The notes under the pieces: model-generated
Seen by the model: only the letters and a program-made list of their open reading frames with translations
Told to the model about the DNA's origin: nothing
The model's database searches: none
Translations under genes and position numbers: made by a program
Shown: positions 31,090 to 39,918 of the stretch, in pieces
How the letters are laid out: each line of letters begins with the position of its first letter
Numbering within the stretch: position 1 is the first letter of the stretch
Assembly (NCBI GenBank): GCA_963771355.1
Contig: CAVYTA010000007.1
Location: 672,001 to 736,000 of the forward strand
Reading direction: 5' to 3'
From: an uncultured Candidatus Rokubacteria bacterium
GTDB lineage: Bacteria; Methylomirabilota; Methylomirabilia; Rokubacteriales; CSP1-6
Length of the DNA stretch: 64,000 nt

Positions 31090-31243
31090 CGCTGGTGCAG
31101 ATCCGTTACGGAGACGAAGCCGCCATCACCGACGTCACTCGAGCGAAGCCGGTGATGCCGACGCCGCAGCAGACCGATCAGGGCGCGCGGCGGCCGCCGG
31201 AGATTCGCCCGCAGGATAGTCGAGCGGCCTGCTGGGTCGCGCG

Positions 31244-33521
31244 TCAGCGCTCGCCGACGACGAAGTGAAGACCGGCCAGCTTGAGGCGGATCGCGTCCCG
31301 CTGGTGCGGGCGGACGGCATCGGCGTGGGCGGTGGCCAGCTCCAGCGCGCTCTGCAAGTGGCTGATCGCCTCCGGGTTGGCGCCCGATGAGCACGGCGCC
31401 GTCGGCGGCGGTCAACAGGTAGGGCAGCGCCGCGATGGCCCGATCGCTCCGAACCCAGTGGTGGGCGAGCTGGTCGCAGACCTCCTCGGTGCGGCCGCGA
31501 TACAGCGACTCGATCGTCTCCGCAGCCCGCCCGTGACGCGTCTTGCGGTCGGCCTGGAGTAGCGTGCCGTAGGCCACCTCCTGGGTCAGGACGTGGTGGA
31601 AGCTCAGCATGGCAATGCCGCCGCCGGCCTCTTGATCGAGGAGCCCGCGGCGCTCGAGCAGCGCCAGGTCCTCGTCGAACTGCTCGCCCGGCGTCAGCGC
31701 GCGCAGGTGCGCCAGCAGGAAGCGCTTGCCGAGCACCGCCGCGTCGGCGATCAGGTCGCGCGCGGAGGGCGACAGGCGGTCGATGCGCGCCGCGATCAGC
31801 GCGTGCAGGGTAGGCGGTACCACGGCGGCAGCGTCCGCGGTCAGATCGTAGGCGCCGTCGGCGAGGACGAGGCCGCCGCGCTCCCGGAATGCCCGGACGA
31901 GCTCCTCGGCATAGAACGGGTTGCCCTGTGCCCGCTCGGCCACGGCCCGGCGCAGTCTCTCGCGCGCCGGGTAAGGATCGAGCTGGGCATCCACCAGCGC
32001 CGCGATGTCGTCGGACGCCAATGACCGGAGCCGAATCTCCCGGACGCCGGCCACCTCGAGGCAACTGCCGGCGAGCGGCAGCCGCGACGTCATGAGCAGG
32101 AGCAGCGGAAGCTCGCGCGCGACCGTGGCCAGCCGACGGCACAGGTCCTCCGACGATGGATCGAGCCAGTGGACGTCCTCGAGCAGCACCAGGCGCGGCG
32201 CCTGACGGCACTCGGCTACCACCCACGCGACCAGCGCCTCCTGCACGCGGTCGCGACGCCCGTCGGCCGGCGTGTCGCGCAGCATGGCGGACGTCTCGCT
32301 TGATGTCCCCAGGATCGGCAGGACATCGGGCACGTAGGCCGCCAGGTCGGGCGACAGATCCCACAGCCGCCGGTGCAGCGCGTCGCGAGCGGCCGCAAGA
32401 TCCCCGTCCGGCGACAGCGCAGCCAGCTGTCGCAGCAAAGGCCGGAAGGCGAAGTAGGCGGCTCTGCGCGCGTACGCTTGCGCGGCGCCCTCGACCGGTG
32501 GCGGCAGGCCGAGGTGGCGTTGCAGCTCGTAGGCGAGCCGGGACTTGCCGATGCCGGGCTCACCGACCAGGCAGATAGCGTCACCACGGCCGCTGGCGGC
32601 GCGTTCCCAGGCCTCGCCGAGCACGGCGAGCTCCGTCTCGCGGCCGCGGAAGGGGGAGACCCCACGCCGGAGCGAGGCTTGCAGGCGCGAGACGACCGTG
32701 CCTTCACCGTCGAGCACGAAGGCCTCGACCGGCTCGGCGGCCCCGCGGACGCGCAGCGCGCCGAGCGGTCGCACGCGGAAGTAGCCCTCGACGAGCCGGT
32801 GGGTCGGCGACGCCAGCAGGATCGAGCCCGGATCGGCGGCCTGTTGCATGCGGGCGGCGAGATTCGTCGTGAGCCCCTGCGCGGTGTAGTCCATGCGCAG
32901 GTCGTCGCCGATGGCACCGACGACGACGGGGCCGCTGTTGAGGCCGAGCCGGACCTGGATGCCGAAGCCCTTGTCACGCCGCAGCCGGGCGGCGTGCTCG
33001 GCGAACCCGCGCTGGATCTCGAGTGCCGCCTGGCACGCGCGCCGCGCGTGGTCCTCGTGAGCGATCGGCGCGCCGAAGAGCGCCATGATCCCGTCGCCTG
33101 TGAACTGGTTGACCGTGCCCTCCCAGCGATGCACGGCGTCGAGCATGATCTGGAAGGCGCCGTCCATGACCATGTGGAAGTCTTCGGCGTCGAGGGCTCC
33201 GGCCAGCTCGGTCGAGCCCTGCACGTCGACGAAGAGGACGGTCACCTCCTTGCGCTCGCCGCGAAGCGCGCGTCCCTCGGTCAGGATCCGCTCGGCCAGG
33301 TGACGCGGTGTGTAGGAGGCGGGCGCGCGGACGACGGCGGGGTCGACGGTAATGGGGGCAGAGGGGCCGACGGACAGCGCCGTGCCGCAGGCGTCGCAGA
33401 AGCGCGCGTGGGGACGCTGGCCCTTGCCGCAGGCCGGGCAGCGGGCCTCGAGGGCGGCGCCGCACCCGTCGCAGAAGTGGGCGCCCTGGCGAAGATCCTG
33501 GGCGCAGGCGGGGCAGTTCAC
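31244..33521 (-). CDS. Double zinc ribbon - class III cyclase - AAA ATPase protein with short TPR tail, frameshift near 31385
   Basis: Four CxxC pairs; VTVLFVDVQGS, TNLAARMQ and GEPGIGKS motifs; continues ANPEAISHL..VGER* in another frame. Confidence 0.82.
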
Positions 33522-33537
33522 GCCGGGGCGGCGACGA

Positions 33538-34089
33538 TCACTCGTCGCGGAGCGCCGTGTTGGCCAGGGTCGTGAAGATCGTGTTGAACACGCAGAACGC
33601 GGCGAAGCCGATCATCTCGCGGACGTCATCGGGCGTGAGGCCCTGGGCCTCCATCTCGCGGAAGTCCTTGGGCTTGACGTCCATCGCGTCCAGCGCGAAG
33701 CGCAGCACGTACCGCACGAAGGCCTGTTCCCGCTCGGGGAGCGGCAGGGCGACCGGGTTGGCACAGATGCCGTCCAGCGCGGCCTCGTCGAAGCCCAGCG
33801 CGATCAGGCCTCGGCGCGAGGAGCCGAAGCAGCCGGTGCACCGCCGGGCGTGGGCCACCAGCATGAACGCGAACATCCGGGCCTCCCAGGAGAACCTCGA
33901 GCGTCCGGAGCGCTGGTTGAACAGATTCGCTTCGGCGGTCACCTGGGCCTCGAGGATCCAGGGCGTTGACACGTACGCGAGCCGGCTCTCGGGTACCGTC
34001 GTGATGCCGCGCAGCCGCTTCAGCTCGTCCAGCCAGTGGCACGCCGCGGGCGGGATGTCCTCTTCCTTGGGAAGGTCGAAGAATGCCAT
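33538..34089 (-). CDS. AhpD/carboxymuconolactone decarboxylase-like protein, paralog 2
   Basis: LVAHARRCTGC motif, ERE..VRYV and CVFN; near-duplicate of its neighbour. Confidence 0.7.
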   Translation of the reverse strand: MAFFDLPKEEDIPPAACHWLDELKRLRGITTVPESRLAYVSTPWILEAQVTAEANLFNQRSGRSRFSWEARMFAFMLVAHARRCTGCFGSSRRGLIALGFDEAALDGICANPVALPLPEREQAFVRYVLRFALDAMDVKPKDFREMEAQGLTPDDVREMIGFAAFCVFNTIFTTLANTALRDE

Positions 34090-34092
34090 CGG

Positions 34093-34641
34093 TCAATCCT
34101 CGCGCAGCGCCGTGTTGGCCACCGTGGTGAAGATCGTGTTCATGAGAGCGTGGGCGGCGCAGCCGGCGATCTCCTGCACATCGGTCGGGGAGAAGCCCTG
34201 GGCCTGGAGCTCGCGGAAGTCCTTGGGCTGGAGCTCGCTGGGATTGGTCGCGATGCGAAGCACGTACTTCACGAACAGGCGCTCGCGCTCCGGCAGAGGG
34301 AGCACGGACGGATTGGCGCAGAAGCCGTCGAGCGCCGGCTCGTCGAAACCCAGCTTGGTCAGGTGTCCGCGCGAGGCGCCGAAACAACCGTCGCACCGCC
34401 GGGCGTGGGCGACGAGCATGAAGGCGATCATCCGGGCCTCCCAGGAGAACGCCGACGGTTCCGATGGCCTGAACAGGCTCGCTTCGACGGTCACGCGGGC
34501 CTTGAGGATCTGCGGAGAGGGCGCGTACGTCACCCAGCTCCGCGGCAAGGTGTCGACACCGCGCAGGCGCTTGAGCTCGTCCAGCCACTGGCGCGCCTCG
34601 GGAGAGATGTCCTCGTCCCTGGGGACGTCGAAGAAAGCCAT
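34093..34641 (-). CDS. AhpD/carboxymuconolactone decarboxylase-like protein, paralog 1
   Basis: MAFFDVP start; LVAHARRCDGC motif. Confidence 0.7.
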   Translation of the reverse strand: MAFFDVPRDEDISPEARQWLDELKRLRGVDTLPRSWVTYAPSPQILKARVTVEASLFRPSEPSAFSWEARMIAFMLVAHARRCDGCFGASRGHLTKLGFDEPALDGFCANPSVLPLPERERLFVKYVLRIATNPSELQPKDFRELQAQGFSPTDVQEIAGCAAHALMNTIFTTVANTALRED

Positions 34642-34808
34642 GGGGCACACTTCCTTCCGGCTGAGTACCTGACGATAGATCACGCCTCCGTGCCACGCAA
34701 GTACCGCGGCCGCACACGAAAGCCGATTGACTGCAATCAGCGGCACGGTTCCCCAGACGACCACCGTGCGCACGCGCCCGGGGACACGGGTTTGTCGAGC
34801 TGCCGGCA

Positions 34809-34940
34809 CGCGTCGCGATCACGCCGGGCCGCGGCCTTCCGCTGGCGGCTCCGGGCGGCCCGGCACCGGGCGGAGCAGACCTTTTGGCGGGCGTGGATCG
34901 GGGCCGTCCGGCACACCGGGCACGTACGGGAGGCTAGCAT
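34809..34940 (-). repeat. Copy D of zinc-finger micro-ORF (3' truncated)
   Basis: MLASRTCPVCRTAPIHARQKVCSARCRAARSRQRKAAARRDRDA. Confidence 0.8.
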
Positions 34941-35009
34941 GGCGCCACGCAAGGGAGACCGACCATCGGGGAGCCCCTCCGCACAGCTAGGCAACGCGGA
35001 TAACTCCGG

Positions 35010-35475
35010 CCGGAAGATGCGCTCGACGATGGGAGCCTGCTCCGGGTCCACCACGCGGGCGACGTGCTCGCGCGTGCCGTCCGGGCCCAGCACCGGTTCG
35101 TTGCGGTACCGAAGATCCGCCCGCCGGTGACGTGCCGCGCCCGCGCTTTCCTCAGCATCGCGTCCCGGGTCCGCTGCCGTGCCTTCTCGCGCTCGAGTTC
35201 GTCGGCGAAGCCGGCCACGGACATCAGCAGCTTCTCGGTGGGGGAATCGATCGTGCGCTCGCGGTCCTCAGAGGTAGAGGAACACGCGCACGCCGCCCTG
35301 GGTGAACTGTTTCAGGGCATAGGCGGTCTCGATCTGCTCGCGCCCCAGGCGGGACTCCTCCGACATAGATGAGCACCTGGAACGACGGCCGCGGCTTGAG
35401 CGCATTCATGAGTCGGAGGAATCCGGGGCGCGTCGTGAACTCCGCCCCGCTGATCCCGTCTTCGGCGCAGACGTG
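35010..35475 (-). pseudogene. Large serine recombinase N-terminal (resolvase and start of recombinase domain) remnant, multiply frameshifted
   Basis: Across frames: DGISGAEFTTRPGFLRLMNALKPRP, EESRLGREQIETAYALKQ, ELEREKARQRTRDAM, EQAPIVERIF. Confidence 0.8.
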
Positions 35476-35585
35476 GGCGGGGTCCTTGCGCGACGCCTGC
35501 GTTACCTTTCAGTTGGCTATATGCTGGCGTGTCGCGGTACACTCCGGTCGCCGTTCCCAACTGCCCACACAGAGGAGAGCGCCTA

Positions 35586-36555
35586 ATGCGGCACTGGCGA
35601 GCAGCGTTTGCAGCTTTGGTCATCCTAATTGGCTCCGCCCTCCCTGCGGTCGCCGCTGAGGGAGATCCTAGTGACGATCTCCCGGTGCCACCAGACGTTT
35701 CATTCAGCGTTGGGACACGCGCTTGGTGGACGAGTGGCTATTCGGAATGGAGTCATCAGTGTTCCAAGGCACTAATCCACTTTCCGAACTTCGCTGGCGA
35801 GGGATTGACGCACTCATTCCTGAAGTTAACGCTGACTTCGCGTGGAAGCTTCTCGTGTTGAGAGCCGCAGCTGGGTGGGGCAAGAGCGAAAACGGGGTCT
35901 TAATCGATGAGGACTTTCTCCTTGATGACCATAATGGGCGCTTCTCTGTTTCTCGGTCTAGTGTCGAGAGCGACATTTTCTACGCGAACGGGGATGTCGG
36001 CATCCGCGCTTACCGCTGGATCAGTACGGATGGGCGGCTCGGCTTTTTCGACTTCCTCGGAGGCTATCAATACTGGCGAGAAAATACGAAGCTTTTGGAT
36101 CACAGGCAGCTTAGTTTACCCCCTCTCCCGACGCCCATTGCGCCGCAAGGCACCAAGGTGCTTACAGAGAAGTTCACCTGGCAGAGCCTCCGCATTGGCG
36201 CTCGGTACCAGGTTCCGTTTCCGAAGGGCTTCGGCTTTAGGGCGGAGGCCATGTTTATACCGTGGTCGCAGTTCGAATTTGAGGACATTCACCATTGAAG
36301 GACTGACTTGCGCCAGGATCCGAGCTTCCTCGCGAAAGCGGAGGGAGGTTTCGGCGTTCCAGGCCGAAGGAGCAATCAGCTACACGATCTGGAAGGGGTT
36401 TTCCATGGAAGGCGGCTTCCGGTACACGAAAATCAGATTCAGGGCGATGGCGACATAGAAGTTCGGACTGTATCCGGCACAGCTGAGACAGAAGTTTGAA
36501 GGTGCGAAAGACGGAGCGGTACGGCCCGTTTGTCGGCCTTCAGTATCGTTTCTGA
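35586..36555 (+). pseudogene. Outer-membrane beta-barrel (omptin-like) gene with frameshifts and an internal stop
   Basis: Signal peptide, SELRW..DEDF, amphipathic strands, C-terminal GLQYRF; visibly AT-richer. Confidence 0.55.
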
Positions 36556-36560
36556 GTAGT

Positions 36561-36726
36561 CTATGCAACCGCGACTCCGGCCAGCGTGAAGGCGAGGAAT
36601 TCCTCAGCCGGTACAGCGGCACCGCCCGGGGTCACCACATACGTTGGAACCATCGTTCCCCGGTGAAGCGATAACTCCGCTGCCCGTCCTTCGCGAAGGC
36701 CTCGCACGCTAGGCGTCCCACTATCA
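36561..36726 (-). pseudogene. Serine recombinase 3' fragment spanning the third att core
   Basis: Nucleotide match to 27136-27202 (CCCGGTGAAGCGATA; GAAGGCCTCGCACGnTAGGCGTCCCACTATCA); VVTPGGAAVPAEEFLAFTLAGVAVA*. Confidence 0.8.
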
Positions 36727-36892
36727 CGTCGTCGGACCAAGGTCCTATTGCCGGCCCGTGAGGGACGCGCGTTAATTTCACAGGTCGAGCGCGCAGCCCG
36801 AGACCTCAGGGAGGACGACATCATGGGAGTTTTCATGATCGACCCGATGTTGAGCAATTCACATAACACTCACGTTGGTTGAGGAGGCCGTT

Positions 36893-37297
36893 ATGATCGT
36901 TCGGCTCGTCATGCTGGTGTTCGGCGTGCTGCTCATGTGTATTAGCCCGGCCTCTGGCCAGATCAAGAGCCCAGATGTCGTCGGGACCTGGGTGGGGGTT
37001 CTTGAGCTAACGGGCGACAAGAGCCCGGTCGAGGTTGAATTCAAGTCGGATGGAGGATTCGGAGGTAGTGTCAAGACCGCGAAGGAGGGTCTCGTGCGGT
37101 ATAAGGGGGGGTGGAAGATCGAAGGGGCCAACGTCCTTGTGGACTACGTGGCTGACGCTGCCACAGGGACCGCAAATGTGCCGGCCACGGTGGCGAGTTC
37201 GTGGACCTTGACGATGCTCCAGGGCAAGTCCTTGAGCGGATTCGGTATTCGGAAGTCAGACAATCTTCAATACGACGTCAAATTGAACAAGAAGTAG
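36893..37297 (+). CDS. Hypothetical secreted beta-rich protein
   Basis: GAGGAGG RBS, signal peptide, VVGTWVG motif. Confidence 0.65.
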   Translation: MIVRLVMLVFGVLLMCISPASGQIKSPDVVGTWVGVLELTGDKSPVEVEFKSDGGFGGSVKTAKEGLVRYKGGWKIEGANVLVDYVADAATGTANVPATVASSWTLTMLQGKSLSGFGIRKSDNLQYDVKLNKK

Positions 37298-37474
37298 CTG
37301 AAGGTGGTGGAGGCGTCACAACCTCCACCACTCGCAGCGCTGCTGTGTGGGAAGGTGCCACGCGACGGCAAAGCTCGGTAGACACTTAGGCGATACGGAC
37401 GACGCCCCTGATGGTCTGAGGTCGCGGGGTGAAGGGGACAAAACGCCCCGGGGTCACCACGCCTTTCCCGTGAC

Positions 37475-37578
37475 GATAGGCAACATAAACGCCCTCCGGA
37501 GGGAGGATAGGCAACATGAACGCCCTCCGGCGGCGGGCGCCCCTGGCTTGGGTCCCGTCACCGTGCTTGGGTCCCGTC
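37475..37578. repeat. Two pairs of short direct repeats
   Basis: GATAGGCAACATRAACGCCCTCCGG at 37475 and 37506; GCTTGGGTCCCGTC at 37546 and 37565. Confidence 0.85.
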
Positions 37579-37733
37579 CCCGGGACATAACCTGCCAGAC
37601 CCGGACGCTGGCCGCCCCAGGAGCCGACGGCACAGCGACGATCTCCTCCGGCCCCACGCGCAGCACGAGGTGCTGGAGGCCGGTGCCGTCCCAGCTCTCC
37701 CAGCGCGCGACGGTGGGGCCGCCCGCGACGCGC

Positions 37734-38186
37734 TCAGCCACACCCCGGGCCCTGCTTCAGGAGCGCGGATGCGGCTGCGCGGGTGGTTCGGCCCAGCGTC
37801 CCCACAAGGAGCCGGAGCCGATCGCCGTCGACTGGCTTCGTCAAGTGATACGGGAAGCCCGCCGCCTGCGCGGCCGCGCTCGTCGAGCCGGGTGGCAAGA
37901 GGACGATGGCCGGCGCCTCGCGCCCGCGGCGAAAGTGCAGGTACTGGAGGCGGCGCAGGAGGTTGCCGCCACTTGCCCAAGCCACCGCGCTGTCGCACAC
38001 GATGAGGTCCGCCGCCTGGGTGACCGCGAGCGCGTCGATGACCGAGGTCGCGGTGACCAAGGCGCCCGCGAGTCCCAGCACCTCTCGCAGGAAGTGGCGG
38101 CAATGCTCATCGTCCCCGACGATCAACACGTGCATCCCCGCGAGCTCCTCGATCGTCCTCTCTCCGCCGACGTGGTGTGCCATCAC
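37734..38186 (-). CDS. Degenerate response-regulator receiver protein
   Basis: HVLIVGDD, DLIVCD, PAIVL and HLTKPVD motifs. Confidence 0.6.
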   Translation of the reverse strand: MMAHHVGGERTIEELAGMHVLIVGDDEHCRHFLREVLGLAGALVTATSVIDALAVTQAADLIVCDSAVAWASGGNLLRRLQYLHFRRGREAPAIVLLPPGSTSAAAQAAGFPYHLTKPVDGDRLRLLVGTLGRTTRAAASALLKQGPGCG

Positions 38187-38243
38187 TTGAAGGGTAGCGG
38201 CGGGCGGGGGCGGGTACCGGGGTCGAGGGCGACAGATTCACGG

Positions 38244-39245
38244 TCATCCGCGACGGCGGAAGGCCCGGGGAGAGACCCCGGCCCACCGCCGGAAGGCCCG
38301 CTGGAACGAGCTCGGATCCTCGTAACCGAGCAGGAACGCTACCTCGGACACGGCGAGGCGGCCGTCGCGGAGCAGCGGCTGCGCCATCTCCTGACGGAGA
38401 TGCGTGAGCACGCTGGCGAACGTCGTGCGCTCATCGCGGAGCCGGCGCTGCAGCGCCCGCGGGCTCAGGCCGAGCTGGCGCGCCACGCGGTCCAGGTGGG
38501 CATCGCCGGCGTTGAGATCCGTCCAGAGGACCCGGCGCACCCGGTCCTGCGTGGTGCGCTCGGCGCCGAGCGCGGTGAGGGTCTGCTCGGCGAGGCGGTC
38601 GAGGTAGCCGGTCAGGCTCGGGTCGGAGGAGACGATCGGCCGCTCGAGGTCAGCCGCCGAGAGGAGGAAGGCGGTGGCGAGCGCGCCGAACTCGAGGGGC
38701 GCCCGGAAGAACCGCTCGTACTCCTGCACCTCGGCGGGGCGGCGGTAGGGGAGCTGCACGGTCAGCGGAGCGATGGAGGCGCCGGTGATCTCCCGGCACA
38801 CGCCGAGCAGGGCGGCGAGCCGGGCGTCCGCCGCGGGGCGGAACGCGCGCAGCTCCGGCTGCACGTCGAGACGCACCCAGGTGCCCCCGTCCGTCGCCTC
38901 GAGCTCGACCACGAGCGCGTCCGACACGATGTGATCGTAGCGGTCGACGCGCTGTAACGCGGCCCCGAGCGTCGCGCTGAACGCCATGGTGTAGCCGACG
39001 AGGCCGAAGTCGCGCGCCCGGACGTCGGCGCCCAGGCGCAGCCCCAACGCCGGGTCCGGCAGGCGCGTGGTGGTCGTGTGCCAGAGCCGCACCACTGCCG
39101 AGAGCGGGATCCGGGCATCGGGGTCCTGGATCTGCTTCTCGTCCAGCCCAGCCTCGCGCAGCAGCTCGGCACGGGACGCCCCCATCCGCGTCAGCCGCTC
39201 GACGTGGAACAGGGCGAGCCGGGCCAGCCCGGACTGGTCTTTCAC
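38244..39245 (-). CDS. AraC-family regulator (Arabinose_bd_2-type N domain plus HTH)
   Basis: DPDARIP, DFGLVGY, LSPRALQRRL and EVAFLLGYEDPSSFQRAFRRWAG motifs; start codon approximate. Confidence 0.88.
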   Translation of the reverse strand: MKDQSGLARLALFHVERLTRMGASRAELLREAGLDEKQIQDPDARIPLSAVVRLWHTTTTRLPDPALGLRLGADVRARDFGLVGYTMAFSATLGAALQRVDRYDHIVSDALVVELEATDGGTWVRLDVQPELRAFRPAADARLAALLGVCREITGASIAPLTVQLPYRRPAEVQEYERFFRAPLEFGALATAFLLSAADLERPIVSSDPSLTGYLDRLAEQTLTALGAERTTQDRVRRVLWTDLNAGDAHLDRVARQLGLSPRALQRRLRDERTTFASVLTHLRQEMAQPLLRDGRLAVSEVAFLLGYEDPSSFQRAFRRWAGVSPRAFRRRG

Positions 39246-39706
39246 ATCATCTAGTTTGCCAGAAGCTTCGTGCCGCCCGCGATCGCGGATGGCGATGAGC
39301 ACGAGGGCCAGCGCCCGGCGTGGCATCCGCGCGTTGAGGCGATAGCCGAGCTTGCGCCGACCCCGCAGCTCGGTCGAGTGTACACAGAACTGATGGCGCC
39401 CGGCGATCTCCTGCGCATCCTTGCTCGACTGTATGACCTCAGGAACAAGATCGCACACGTGACGCAGAGTTTCTCTGCGATTGACTCGCCCCGATATCGC
39501 CCGCCCCTGGCAACTCGCGCTCGATGAAGCCAAGCAGACGATCGACATGCGCGTAGTGCGTGTTGCCAACTAGGCGGACGAGGGCGCAAAGTAGCCGACG
39601 AACGCCACAAGAGCCTCGGCCATGGACGGCTCATCGCCTTCGGGCAAGTGCCAGGTGCCTCGGCTCGCACCTGGTGCCCTCAGCGTACTCCGCGGGTGGC
39701 TAGTTC

Positions 39707-39901
39707 CTACATAGGCGCCTTCCCCCGGCGCCGCAGATAGAGTCCCGCCAGAATGACCACGGCGCCGATGACCAACCCAAGCCCTTGCTTCCACCCGAAA
39801 CCAGACCGACCCCCCAAGCCCAAGGGGTCAGCGAACAGTGCGATAAGGACGAGGAGCGTGCCTATGCCGATCACGACCCGTGCGAACATTGGATTGTCCA
39901 T
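39707..39901 (-). CDS. Small two-TM membrane protein (64 aa)
   Basis: AAGGAGG RBS; two hydrophobic helices around a GLGG..FGWKQ loop. Confidence 0.7.
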   Translation of the reverse strand: MDNPMFARVVIGIGTLLVLIALFADPLGLGGRSGFGWKQGLGLVIGAVVILAGLYLRRRGKAPM

Positions 39902-39918
39902 GGTCGCCTCCTTCGTTT

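Larger units (their letters stand above)
27074..37460. mobile_element. Tandem array of three degenerate serine-recombinase integrative units at the tRNA-Glu 3' end
   Basis: CCGGGGTCACCAC direct repeats at 27074, 30945, 36626 and 37448; recombinase 3' fragments abut the first three. Confidence 0.85.

Noticed and set aside
30958..37447. Symmetric attP for units 2 and 3
   Set aside because: Joining their ends gave no inverted 9-mers at the positions seen for unit 1, so the claim is limited to unit 1.
37475..37578. CRISPR array
   Set aside because: Only two units per repeat, spacers of 5-6 nt, and no cas genes.
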